This document shows, piece by piece, positions 7,941-17,239 of a DNA stretch of 61,014 nt. The notes under the pieces are model-generated. The model was given only the letters and a program-made list of their open reading frames with translations, was not told where the DNA came from and searched no databases. A program made the translations under genes and the position numbers. Every line of letters starts with the position of its first letter. Position 1 is the stretch's first letter. Origin of the DNA: Candidatus Yanofskybacteria bacterium (GTDB lineage: Bacteria > Patescibacteriota > Minisyncoccia > 2-02-FULL-40-12 > IGHO2-01-FULL-4-A); contig JACPNJ010000006.1 of the NCBI GenBank assembly GCA_016185545.1, positions 1 to 61,014 of the forward strand, in the 5' to 3' direction.

Positions 7941-8804
7941 ATGTCTAACCACTTGCACGAAGAAAAATTAAAAAAACTTGAGGAACTTGCAAACAAAGCT
8001 CGCCAGCTTTTGATTGAAGAACTGGTTGAAGCCGGTTCGGGCCATACTGCCGGGCCGCTGGGAATGGCTGATGTCTTTACGGCTTTTTATTTTCATATAC
8101 TCAACCACGACCCTAAAGATCCCGAATGGGAAGAACGCGATCGTCTCATATTATCCAATGGCCACATATGTCCGATTAGATATGTTCTTATGGCTATGTC
8201 AGGATATTTTCCGGTTGAAGAATTAAAAACATTGCGCAAATTTGGTTCGCGTTTGCAAGGCCATCCTGAGCGAGAAAAACTCCCTGGCGTGGAAACAACT
8301 TCCGGACCGCTTGGCTCCGGTTTAGGACAAGCCTGCGGCGTCGCCTACGGCGCGCGCATGGATGGCAAAAAGTTCAGAACATATTGCTTCATGTCGGACG
8401 GCGAACATAACGCCGGTAATACTTGGGAATCAGCGCTTTTTGCCGGTAAAAATAAACTTTCTAATCTCACCGGCCTGATTGACCGCAACAATATACAGAT
8501 AGACGGCATGACGGAAAATATTATGCCGCTTGAACCGCTCAAAGAAAAATATGAAGCATTCGGCTGGCACGTGCTTGAAATCAATGGCCACAATTTTGAA
8601 GAGATCGTGGATGCGGCCGAACAAGCTAAATCCATATACGAAAAACCGACAGTTATAATTTCGCACAATATACCCGGCAAGGGCATATCCGAGATTGAGT
8701 TTGATTATCTCTGGCACGGCAAACCGCCCAAACCGGAAGAAGGCAAGAAATTTTTGGAAGAATTAAGAACGCTGGGTGGGAAAATACAGAGTGAACATCA
8801 ATAG
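7941..8804 (+). CDS. Transketolase, N-terminal (TPP-binding) subunit
   Basis: GSGHTAGPLGMADV, LSNGH, GPLGSGL, and SDGEHNAGNTWE..IDRNN. Confidence 0.9.
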   Translation: MSNHLHEEKLKKLEELANKARQLLIEELVEAGSGHTAGPLGMADVFTAFYFHILNHDPKDPEWEERDRLILSNGHICPIRYVLMAMSGYFPVEELKTLRKFGSRLQGHPEREKLPGVETTSGPLGSGLGQACGVAYGARMDGKKFRTYCFMSDGEHNAGNTWESALFAGKNKLSNLTGLIDRNNIQIDGMTENIMPLEPLKEKYEAFGWHVLEINGHNFEEIVDAAEQAKSIYEKPTVIISHNIPGKGISEIEFDYLWHGKPPKPEEGKKFLEELRTLGGKIQSEHQ

Positions 8805-8837
8805 GGCTAGACCAAATTTTTAAAACGTTTTGAACAA

Positions 8838-9869
8838 ATGATAAATCCCGAAGCTAAGCTAGTAGACAATTTATTTGATAAGAGCAAGCTCGCATTTATA
8901 CCCACCAGAGACGGTTACGGTCTGGGTTTGATTGAAGCCGGGGAAAAGGATGAGCGGGTGGTGGTTTTGTGCGCTGATTTGACCGAATCAACTCGCTCGC
9001 TTGGTTTTGCCGAAAAGTTTCCGGAAAGATTTATTGAACTGGGCGTGGCCGAACAAAATATGGCAACCGTCGCGGCCGGTTTGGCAAATTACGGCAAAAT
9101 TCCTTTTATTTCCTCCTATGCTGTTTTTTCACCGGGCCGCAATAACGAGCAAATCCGAACCACTATCTCGCTTAATAACTTGCCCGTTAAAATCGGCGGT
9201 ATGCACGCCGGTATTTCAGTCGGTCCCGATGGAGCCACGCATCAGGCGCTTGAAGATATAGCTTTGATGCGTGTTCAACCTAATATGGTAGTACTTGTAC
9301 CTTGCGACGCAATAGAGGCCCAAAAAGTAACTCTTGCCGCAGCATTCAATAACAAACCGACTTACATAAGATTTGGCAGAGAAAAATCAGCGGTTTTCAC
9401 CACCAAAGATACACCGTTTGAAATAGGCAAAGCAATAATTTTACGAGATATAAAAGATGCTCGCCCTTCCAAAGCTCCGGAGGAGCGAAGGAGGGTTGCG
9501 ATTATCGGCTGCGGAATGCTGCTCTACAATGCCCTTGTCGCCGCAGAAGAACTATCCAAAGAAGGAATAGAGTGCACGGTTATCAACTCACACACGGTCA
9601 AACCGCTTGATGAGCCGGCTATAATTGAAGCCGCCAAAAAATGCGGCGCGGTGGTTAGCGTGGAAGAACACCAAATTGCCGGTGGTCTCGGCTCGGCGAT
9701 TGCCGAATGTCTGGTCCGCAATTATCCCGTACCGCAAGAATTTATCGGCGTTCACGACCATTTCGGCGAATCCGGGAACCCGGACGAACTGATTGAAGCA
9801 TTCGGGATGGGAATCAGCTCAATTAAAGAAGCGGTTAAAAAAGCTATATCTAGAAAAACATCCGGCTAA
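8838..9869 (+). CDS. Transketolase, C-terminal (pyrimidine-binding) subunit
   Basis: FIELGVAEQNM, GPDGATHQALEDIALMR, and EEHQIAGGLGSAI. Confidence 0.9.
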   Translation: MINPEAKLVDNLFDKSKLAFIPTRDGYGLGLIEAGEKDERVVVLCADLTESTRSLGFAEKFPERFIELGVAEQNMATVAAGLANYGKIPFISSYAVFSPGRNNEQIRTTISLNNLPVKIGGMHAGISVGPDGATHQALEDIALMRVQPNMVVLVPCDAIEAQKVTLAAAFNNKPTYIRFGREKSAVFTTKDTPFEIGKAIILRDIKDARPSKAPEERRRVAIIGCGMLLYNALVAAEELSKEGIECTVINSHTVKPLDEPAIIEAAKKCGAVVSVEEHQIAGGLGSAIAECLVRNYPVPQEFIGVHDHFGESGNPDELIEAFGMGISSIKEAVKKAISRKTSG

Positions 9870-9885
9870 CCGGATGTTTTTCTAG
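9850..9885. terminator. Perfect 16-bp hairpin between convergent genes (bidirectional terminator candidate)
   Basis: Sequence is ctagaaaaacatccgg ctaa ccggatgtttttctag. The stop codon of the transketolase C-terminal-subunit gene sits in the loop, and the stop of the uracil-DNA glycosylase gene lies in the 3' arm. Confidence 0.7.
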
Positions 9886-10424
9886 ATAAGTTCTTTAATT
9901 TTAGCAAGATCCTCGCAGAATTGAGGTTCCCAGTTGGGATTGCGGAGTATCGCAGCTGGATGGTAAGTGACTATAATTTTTCTCCCGTTTCTTTCTATGA
10001 CCTGACCTCGGTTAGCGCCCATACTTCCTTCAATGCCAAGACCAGACATGGCAACTTTTCCCAAAATAACAATAAGTTTAGGATTGATAGCTTCTATCTC
10101 TTTTTCAAGCGCAAGCCGGAATTTTTCTATTTCTTCCGGCGTGGGCGTGCGGTTGCCACCAAATTCATCGGAAGGCCGGTATTTAACTACATTCGTCACA
10201 TAAAAATCGGAGCGCTTCCAACCGAGAGTTTCAAGAGTTGAGTTGAGTAATTTGCCGCCGCGCCCCACAAACGGCTTACCTTGTATCTCTTCATCCTTGC
10301 CCGGCGCTTCGCCTATTATCATTACCGGCATATCCGGTGACCCATCGTTAAAAACAAGCTTTCGATTAGGATAAGCCTTTTTTATCGCGCCGAAAATATA
10401 TTGTAGTTTTTGCTCTTTGGTCAT
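9882..10424 (-). CDS. Uracil-DNA glycosylase, family 4
   Basis: GEAPGKDE..GKPFVGRGG and the C-terminal YHPAAILRNP motif. Confidence 0.85.
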   Translation of the reverse strand: MTKEQKLQYIFGAIKKAYPNRKLVFNDGSPDMPVMIIGEAPGKDEEIQGKPFVGRGGKLLNSTLETLGWKRSDFYVTNVVKYRPSDEFGGNRTPTPEEIEKFRLALEKEIEAINPKLIVILGKVAMSGLGIEGSMGANRGQVIERNGRKIIVTYHPAAILRNPNWEPQFCEDLAKIKELI

Positions 10425-10822
10425 ATTAAGTTACTAACTTTTTTCGCCAAGGGGATATCGGCTTCAGCCAAATCAAATTTAACTAGTTCATCTGCGACAA
10501 CCCATTTAATCTCATCGTGGTCATTCAAGTTAAACTCACCGGAAATATATTTTGCTTTATACCCAAGCAATCTGATTTTTACATTACCATAATCAAAAAT
10601 ACTTTCGGCAACAAAATTTCTGGCTTTAACTAAAATTCCGAATTCTTCTTTCAGTTCACGCTCAAGACATTTTTCGGGTGTTTCATGCACCTCTATTTTA
10701 CCTCCCGGAAATTCCCATTTTTCTTCCAAATGTTTTCCTTTTTTTCTTTTAGCAATAAGAAACTCCCCATCTTTTTCAATGATTGCCGCCACAACATCAA
10801 CTATTTTTTGATTTTTTGCCAC
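10421..10822 (-). CDS. NUDIX hydrolase (MutT-like)
   Basis: Nudix box GGKIEVHETPEKCLERELKEEFGI. The start is set at the in-frame GTG at 10822, because the upstream track ORF (..EVVGSNPIRST) is a translation of the tRNA. Confidence 0.8.
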   Translation of the reverse strand: MAKNQKIVDVVAAIIEKDGEFLIAKRKKGKHLEEKWEFPGGKIEVHETPEKCLERELKEEFGILVKARNFVAESIFDYGNVKIRLLGYKAKYISGEFNLNDHDEIKWVVADELVKFDLAEADIPLAKKVSNLI

Positions 10823-10824
10823 GG

Positions 10825-10896
10825 TGGACCGGATGGGATTTGAACCCACAACCTCTCGGATGCAAACCGAGTGCTCTGCCATTGAGCTACCGGCCC
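10825..10896 (-). tRNA. tRNA-Ala (anticodon UGC)
   Basis: Minus strand reads gggccggtagctcaatggcagagcactcggtttgcatccgagaggttgtgggttcaaatcccatccggtcca. Features include the G3:U70 pair, anticodon loop ttTGCat and T-arm GGTTCAAATCC. No CCA is encoded. Confidence 0.9.
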
Positions 10897-10906
10897 ATAA
10901 AAGTTG

Positions 10907-10979
10907 TGGGTGCGGGAAGAATCGAACTTCCGACCTCTGTCTTATCAGGACAGCGTTCTAACCACTGAACTACGCACCC
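10907..10979 (-). tRNA. tRNA-Ile (anticodon GAU)
   Basis: Minus strand reads gggtgcgtagttcagtggttagaacgctgtcctgataagacagaggtcggaagttcgattcttcccgcaccca, with anticodon loop ctGATaa. Confidence 0.9.
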
Positions 10980-11035
10980 TTTATTTAACTAAATTCTATG
11001 ATAGAATAACAGAAAACTGAATAAAAATCAAAAAA

Positions 11036-14000
11036 ATGAATTTTATGGAAAATATTGAAAATAGCAAAATTTTTGCCGATTTAAACGATAAACAAATTGA
11101 AGCGGTGCGGGCCATAGAAGGCCCTGTTTTAATATTGGCCGGCGCCGGAAGCGGGAAATGTGTTTCTGGAGATACTTTGATATTTACAGGGGCGGGCATA
11201 ATACCTATTGAAGAAATCCCTCTTCACTTTGGTGTTAGTTCACAAAATGATTGCTCCGCGCCAATACTTTCGCATCACTTAAACGGAAGTTTCTCTATCA
11301 AGAATACCTCCCATTGGTTCAGGTTCCCAAAAACTAAAGTCATAAAAATTAGCACCAAAAGCGGTTATCAAATTACGGGCACATACGAGCATCCCTTACT
11401 TGTGTTAAATAGAGAAGGCGAATTGGAGTTTAAAAAGCTACGGGACTTAAAGAACGGCGAAGTGGTTGCTATTTCCAAAAATAATAATATCTGGGGAAAT
11501 TACAATCTCCATCCTGAAATTGCTTATCTGATGGGATTACTGGTGGGCGATGGTTACCTGGGTTTCAAAAGCGGTATTGGTTTTGCCCAGGTCAGTGAAA
11601 ATTTGATCAAGGCATTTAAAAATATTTTAAAAAAATTCTTCCAAATCCAAGTGGCTAAAATTAAATCGCGAGAGAGATACCCGGCTGGCAATAAAAGGCG
11701 CTCCACAACTCATTACGTATATAATATGGCCCTAAAAAGAGAGTTGGAAGGTCTTGGTCTAAAAATGGTAGGTTCGCATCATAAATCAATCCCACAAAGC
11801 GTTCTTACAGCCCCCAAGGATTCGGCCAAAGCATTCCTGCAAGGACTTTTTGACACCGATGGAAGCGTAAGCGGAGCTACCGTAGAATTGACTACCGCCT
11901 CCGAAACTCTGGCCAAACAAGTGCATGTCTGCCTACTAAACTTTGGTATTCGCGCTTCGTTAAGGCCGAAATTTGTAAAAAGTTATCGTAACAATACCTA
12001 CTGGCGCATAGCAATAATGGGAACTTCACTAAGGACTTTTGCCGCTGAAGTTGGATTTAGGTACCAGGATCACAAAATAGAAAAACTCCAAGCCATAGCA
12101 AACAAGGTTAGCAATAGCAATGTTGAGGTAATTCCATTCCAAAACCTAAACATAAAACACTTTAAAGATAGATACCTGCTTGGCACTGAAATTTATGATG
12201 GCAAGTATTATTACATATTTCCAGAAACACATAATAAAATCTACATAAGGGATTACCTGCGCCGGAGAAGAAATCCCTCCCCTTGGCAATTAGAAAGAAT
12301 ACTAAAAACAGCGGGTAACGGAGCAAGAGATCCGCGAGTAGAGTATATGTTTAACCTCACTCGAAATTTCTTTTTCGACCCCGTTGTTGAGGTGGCGAGA
12401 GAAAAAGAGAAAATAATTGTTTATGATTTTACCGTACCTAAAAATCATACTTTTGTCGGCAATGGTTTTATAAATCACAATACCCGCGCGCTGACACACC
12501 GCATCGCTTATATGATTGCCAATAACATTCCGCCACAAAATATTTTGGCTGTTACCTTCACGAACAAGGCTGCCGGCGAGATTAAAGAAAGAGTTGTAAA
12601 ATTACTGTCCGAAACTCAACCTAAAACCTATGACCTGAAACCTATAACCTCCCCCTCGCCGTGGCTGGGTACCTTCCACTCAATTTGCCTGCGAATTTTG
12701 CGCCATGATATTAAAACCCTCCCGCCTTATACCGAGAACTTTGTTGTCTACGATGAGGACGACCAGCTGGGTCTGATTAAAAACGTAATGCGTGAACTGG
12801 AGCTTGATATTAAGAAATTCAATCCCAAGAATGTGCTCGGCCGAATCTCCGCCCTCAAAAGCGAGCTTATTGGCTACGAAGAGTTTACAGAAAAAGCCCG
12901 AGAATACTTTGAAAAAATAGTCGCTCCTGTTTATACCGGCTATCAGATTACACTCCAACAAAATAATGCTCTGGATTTTGATGATTTAATTATGCTTTGT
13001 GTCCGGCTTTTTCAGAAGCATCCCGAAATACTGGAAAAATATCAAAATCTCTTCCGCTATATACTAATAGACGAATATCAAGACACGAATCATAGCCAGT
13101 ACGTCTGGGTTAATTTGCTGGCGCAAAAACATAGAAATCTTTTCGTAATAGGAGACGACTATCAAAGCATCTATTCATTCCGCCTAGCAAATATCCGCAA
13201 CATCTTGGACTTTGAGAAAGATTATCCCGAAGCAAAAATTATACTGCTTGAACAAAATTACCGTTCCACGGGCAACATCCTTGCCGCCGCCAACAATATA
13301 ATCATTAAAAACAAGAACCAAAAACATAAAAAGTTATGGACGGAGAACTCGGCAGGCGACGAAATAATATTAAAAGAAGCCGCCAATGAGCGGCGAGAGG
13401 GGGATTACGTGATTGAAACGGTACGAAACAACCTTAAACAAGGCCGCGGCCTGCAAGATTTCACAATTCTTTATCGCACCCACGCCCAATCAAGAGCTAT
13501 TGAGGAAGCAATGATTAAGCATGGCCTGCCGTACCGTATACTTGGCGGAGTTAAGTTTTACCAACGGCGAGAAATTAAAGACATTCTGGCCTACCTGCGA
13601 CTGGCCGTAAATCCTAACGATCTTATTAGCTGGAGCAGGATTTACAACGTACCCGGCCGCGGTATAGGTCAAACAACCTGGCAAAAAATAAAAGAAGCGA
13701 GAAAATTAAACATCGCTGAAACAATAAAAAACATCACCCTGGAATCAAGCATCGGCCAAAAACAAACCATCGCCCTTAAGTTGCTGGCTAAGTTTATCGA
13801 GGAATTATCACAAAAATCAGCAGAACTCTCGCCATCTCAACTAATTAAATATATTCTGCAAAAAACTAACTACGAGTTATACATCAATGACAAAACCACG
13901 GATGGCGAAGAACGCTGGGAAAATGTCAAAGAAATTTTGACCGCCACCCGCAAGTATGACAGCGAAACAGCACCGAATGGCCTGCAAAAATTCCTTGAAG

Positions 14001-14380
14001 AGGTCGCCTTAATTCAAGAAACGGATAAGATTGACAAAAGCGGCGGCGCAATCAATCTTATGACAATACATTCGGCCAAGGGCTTAGAGTTTCCGATTGT
14101 ATTTATCATTGGTATGGAAGATGGCATCTTCCCGCACTCGCGCGCCTTATTTGAGCCTGCGGAACTTGAGGAGGAAAGGAGACTTTGTTATGTCGGTATC
14201 ACTCGCGCCAAAGAACAGCTTCATCTGACCTATTGCCGAGAACGTATGTTTTATGGTTCTACTCAACTCAACCCGCCATCCAGATTTTTATTTGAAATCC
14301 CGGAACATTTGTTAAATTACTCGCCGCTTAGCCAAAATAAATATACGGAGGATTGGGACGATAAAATTGAGTACTATTAA
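11036..14380 (+). CDS. pcrA: ATP-dependent DNA helicase PcrA/UvrD, interrupted by an intein in the Walker A motif
   Basis: The exteins read AGAGSGK|T RALTHRIAYM, TFTNKAA, IDEYQDTN, DDYQSIYSFR, NYRS, IHSAKGLEF and YVGITRA. Confidence 0.9.
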   Translation: MNFMENIENSKIFADLNDKQIEAVRAIEGPVLILAGAGSGKCVSGDTLIFTGAGIIPIEEIPLHFGVSSQNDCSAPILSHHLNGSFSIKNTSHWFRFPKTKVIKISTKSGYQITGTYEHPLLVLNREGELEFKKLRDLKNGEVVAISKNNNIWGNYNLHPEIAYLMGLLVGDGYLGFKSGIGFAQVSENLIKAFKNILKKFFQIQVAKIKSRERYPAGNKRRSTTHYVYNMALKRELEGLGLKMVGSHHKSIPQSVLTAPKDSAKAFLQGLFDTDGSVSGATVELTTASETLAKQVHVCLLNFGIRASLRPKFVKSYRNNTYWRIAIMGTSLRTFAAEVGFRYQDHKIEKLQAIANKVSNSNVEVIPFQNLNIKHFKDRYLLGTEIYDGKYYYIFPETHNKIYIRDYLRRRRNPSPWQLERILKTAGNGARDPRVEYMFNLTRNFFFDPVVEVAREKEKIIVYDFTVPKNHTFVGNGFINHNTRALTHRIAYMIANNIPPQNILAVTFTNKAAGEIKERVVKLLSETQPKTYDLKPITSPSPWLGTFHSICLRILRHDIKTLPPYTENFVVYDEDDQLGLIKNVMRELELDIKKFNPKNVLGRISALKSELIGYEEFTEKAREYFEKIVAPVYTGYQITLQQNNALDFDDLIMLCVRLFQKHPEILEKYQNLFRYILIDEYQDTNHSQYVWVNLLAQKHRNLFVIGDDYQSIYSFRLANIRNILDFEKDYPEAKIILLEQNYRSTGNILAAANNIIIKNKNQKHKKLWTENSAGDEIILKEAANERREGDYVIETVRNNLKQGRGLQDFTILYRTHAQSRAIEEAMIKHGLPYRILGGVKFYQRREIKDILAYLRLAVNPNDLISWSRIYNVPGRGIGQTTWQKIKEARKLNIAETIKNITLESSIGQKQTIALKLLAKFIEELSQKSAELSPSQLIKYILQKTNYELYINDKTTDGEERWENVKEILTATRKYDSETAPNGLQKFLEEVALIQETDKIDKSGGAINLMTIHSAKGLEFPIVFIIGMEDGIFPHSRALFEPAELEEERRLCYVGITRAKEQLHLTYCRERMFYGSTQLNPPSRFLFEIPEHLLNYSPLSQNKYTEDWDDKIEYY
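11159..12481 (+). mobile_element. Intein (441 aa) with LAGLIDADG homing-endonuclease domain, inserted between K and T of GSGKT
   Basis: It starts CVSGDTLIF, has block B TGTYEHPLL, endonuclease motifs LMGLLVGDGYL and FLQGLFDTDGSV, and ends VGNGFINHN followed by +1 Thr. Confidence 0.85.
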
Positions 14381-15211
14381 ATGAGCTTAGCCACTCAAAT
14401 AAAAAATGAGTTAAATCAGCTTGGTATCAAACCCAAAAAATCGCTTGGGCAGAATTTTCTTATAAATGAGGGGATCTACAAAAAAATATTGGATATTGCG
14501 CAGATTAGACCGAGCGAAACAATTTTGGAAATAGGGGCTGGCCTGGGCACACTCACTGAATATTTAGCTCGCGCCGGAGGGAAAATTTTAGCCGTTGAAA
14601 AAGATAGGAATCTTGTGGCTTATCTTAAAGATCGTTTTCGGGATTATAATAATATTAGCACTGTAGAAGCTGATATTCTTAAAATCAAGCCTTCGGAATT
14701 AGGGCTGGAAGAAAAAAATTACAAGCTAGTCGGAAATATACCGTATTATCTGACATCGCATTTGATAAGAACGGTTTTTGAAAATTGGCCGTGGCCAAAA
14801 GATATTATCTTGATGGTACAAAAAGAGGTCGCGCAACGGATTGTTACTGAACCGCCGAATATGAATTTACTCGCGGTATCGATTCAATATTATGCCCGAA
14901 CGGAGATTGCTGGCATGGTTTCAAAGGGAAATTTTTGGCCTCAACCTAAAGTTGATTCTGCTATAATAAAGATAACTCCAAAAACCGAAATACCAGAGGC
15001 CGTAGAAACAGAAAGGTTTTTTAGAGTATTGAAGGCAGGATTTTCCGGCACAAGAAAACAACTTATAAATACTTTGTCGGGCGGATTAAAATTATCTAGG
15101 AAAACAGTAAGCTCAAAGCTCCTTTCGCTAGGTATCGCCACACAAAGACGCGCTGGAACATTGACTTTAGACGAATGGCAAAATATCGCTACTACGCTCT
15201 TGCCGCGTTAA
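14381..15211 (+). CDS. rsmA: 16S rRNA (adenine1518/1519-N6)-dimethyltransferase
   Basis: LGQNFL, EIGAGLGTLT, and GNIPYY. Confidence 0.9.
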   Translation: MSLATQIKNELNQLGIKPKKSLGQNFLINEGIYKKILDIAQIRPSETILEIGAGLGTLTEYLARAGGKILAVEKDRNLVAYLKDRFRDYNNISTVEADILKIKPSELGLEEKNYKLVGNIPYYLTSHLIRTVFENWPWPKDIILMVQKEVAQRIVTEPPNMNLLAVSIQYYARTEIAGMVSKGNFWPQPKVDSAIIKITPKTEIPEAVETERFFRVLKAGFSGTRKQLINTLSGGLKLSRKTVSSKLLSLGIATQRRAGTLTLDEWQNIATTLLPR

Positions 15212-16899
15212 GCGGCTTGCTCTTGTCCCTTGCCTATTCGGGTTGGAGTTTTGATTTGGGCTGGCTGGTCTGGATTGGATTTGTTCCACTTTTTTGGTCG
15301 TTGGCCCAAATCGTTTCCGAATACGAACATACTCGGAAACGATTTGGATTTTTGATAGGGTTCATCGCAGGACTTGTTTATTTTTTGATAATTTTCCGCT
15401 GGTTTTGGTCTATCTATCCGCTGGATACACTTGGCATTGAAAACCGTTCTATCTCCTTCGTCGCTGTTCTGCTTGTTTATCTGATTAGCTCTGCCGGAAT
15501 GGCAGTGTTTTGGGGACTTTTTGGAGCAGGTTTCAGGTTTCAGGTTTCAGGTTTCAGGTTTCAAAATGGATCAAGCACCTGGCACCTGGCACCTGGCACC
15601 TGGCACCCTTTGTTAATACTTTCCGCCCTATTCGTCCTGTTTGAATATCTCCGCTCCTGGGGTTTCGGGTTTTTGTGGGCCGGTTCCAATTCGCTTTTTG
15701 GCCCGCATTGGACATTGGGCAATCTGGCTTATGCTTTGGCCGATAATCCATTGGCGCTCAAACTCGCTTCGTTTGTTGGCGTCTATGGGGTTACTTTTGC
15801 GATTATTTTTATAAATTGCCTAATTTTTATAATTTTAAAAAAAAGGACTTATCTTGTAACCACAAGAATAGTCCTTGTGGTTTTGATACTTTTATTGGCT
15901 ACCTTTGGAACCAGGTTAATTAAATTTACGGCCACGCAGCAAGAAAAAAGTAAACAAGTTAACTTCGCCATTATACAAACCGCCCGGCCAACCAAAGTTT
16001 TGCCAAGTCCTCAAGAAACCTTGGCCGATCTCAAAGAACAGCTTGAATTACTTGACCGTGTCGCCAAAGAACATCCCGAAAGCCAGCTTATCGTTTTCCC
16101 CGAAACAAGCGACCTATTTAAAAATATCGCCCTGTTTTTAACCCCAGTGCAAGCCCAGGAATATTTTAGCAATCTTTTTGAAGATCCGAAATTAATAATT
16201 GCCGGCGGTAGAGTTATTGATTCCAATAGCAGTGCCTACTCACGTGTTTTCGATCTTAATACACAAAACGGCATTATCAACTATTATGATAAGCGTCTTC
16301 TAACTCCAGGCGGTGAATTTTTGCCTTACCCGGTAAAATTAATCGCTTGGATATTTTCAAAAACCACGGCCAATCAATTTGACAGCTTGCGCGAATTAAA
16401 TGTTGGCGTTAAAGATGTCTCAACTGTAAACTTCCGCGACCAATTTAAGGTAGCACCGATGATTTGTTCTGAATTGCTATCACCGAGTTTAGTCAAACAA
16501 ACTTCCCAAAGTTCAGATGTAATCGTCAGTATGGCAAGTTATGGAATTTTTCACGGAAATCCTGTTATAGCAAAGCAGATGCTTGCCACTACACGCTTCA
16601 GAGCAATAGAGAACACCAAACCAGCCGTTACCGCCGCTAATTTGGGACGCTCTTATGCAATAGACAGTCGAGGAAAAGTTGCTTATTTAGCCGCAAACTC
16701 CGATCCGCAGATATTAACAGGTTCTATTGTGCTAGGTTCCGGTAAATCGTGGTATAATAGAGTAGGCGATTTGCCAATAATTTTGGTATCTTTGCTATTG
16801 ATGGTCCTAGGGTTCAGGTTACAGGTGTCAGGTTACAGGGGAAGAATAAAATCTTGGTTATGGAGGAACCAAGAAATTAAAAATGGTAAATTCCTATAA
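15175..16899 (+). CDS. lnt: Apolipoprotein N-acyltransferase with heptamer-array segments
   Basis: Polytopic N-terminal half, then a CN-hydrolase domain (AIIQT.., VFPETS, APMICSEL). Confidence 0.8.
   Translation: MAKYRYYALAALSGLLLSLAYSGWSFDLGWLVWIGFVPLFWSLAQIVSEYEHTRKRFGFLIGFIAGLVYFLIIFRWFWSIYPLDTLGIENRSISFVAVLLVYLISSAGMAVFWGLFGAGFRFQVSGFRFQNGSSTWHLAPGTWHPLLILSALFVLFEYLRSWGFGFLWAGSNSLFGPHWTLGNLAYALADNPLALKLASFVGVYGVTFAIIFINCLIFIILKKRTYLVTTRIVLVVLILLLATFGTRLIKFTATQQEKSKQVNFAIIQTARPTKVLPSPQETLADLKEQLELLDRVAKEHPESQLIVFPETSDLFKNIALFLTPVQAQEYFSNLFEDPKLIIAGGRVIDSNSSAYSRVFDLNTQNGIINYYDKRLLTPGGEFLPYPVKLIAWIFSKTTANQFDSLRELNVGVKDVSTVNFRDQFKVAPMICSELLSPSLVKQTSQSSDVIVSMASYGIFHGNPVIAKQMLATTRFRAIENTKPAVTAANLGRSYAIDSRGKVAYLAANSDPQILTGSIVLGSGKSWYNRVGDLPIILVSLLLMVLGFRLQVSGYRGRIKSWLWRNQEIKNGKFL
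15528..15607. repeat. Heptamer-periodic inverted array inside lnt
   Basis: (aggtttc)x4-5, loop aaaatggatcaag, then (cacctgg)x3-4. It is translated as FRFQVSGFRFQ..STWHLAPGTWHP. Confidence 0.9.
16809..16840. repeat. Heptamer array, left arm of the cassette enclosing four-helix-bundle gene 1
   Basis: Sequence agggttc aggttac aggtgtc aggttac aggg, located in the last codons of lnt. Confidence 0.85.
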
Positions 16900-17239
16900 G
16901 GATTTGACTGTTTGGCAAAGGTCTCTCGAGTTAGTCAAAGAAATTTATAAAACAACTAGATTTCTACCAAAAGATGAAATTTATGGTTTAACGAATCAGA
17001 TGAGAAGGGCAGCAATATCGATACCTTCTAACATAGCCGAGGGACATCAAAGAAAAAATCTAAAAGAATATCTGCAATTCTTGAGAATATCTTATGGCTC
17101 GGCTGCAGAGCTAGAAACACAGCTTATTATTTCCAAAGAAATATATCCACGCATAGATTTTTTGACAGCGGAGTCGCTTCTTAAGGAAGTTCATAAAATG
17201 TTAAATACTCTGATCCAGAAACTTGAATTAAAATTTTAA
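16883..17239 (+). CDS. Four-helix-bundle protein (23S rRNA intervening-sequence protein family)
   Basis: Family signature Y.DL.VWQ....L...IY......P..E.YGL..Q.RRAA.SI..NIAEG.....K.....F..I..GS..E..T. Confidence 0.85.
   Translation: MVNSYKDLTVWQRSLELVKEIYKTTRFLPKDEIYGLTNQMRRAAISIPSNIAEGHQRKNLKEYLQFLRISYGSAAELETQLIISKEIYPRIDFLTAESLLKEVHKMLNTLIQKLELKF

Noticed and set aside
10823-10882. N-terminal extension MAEHSVCIREVVGSNPIRST of the NUDIX ORF
   Set aside because: It is the translation of the tRNA-Ala gene (the T-arm GGTTCAAATCC gives VGSNPI) and is not coding.
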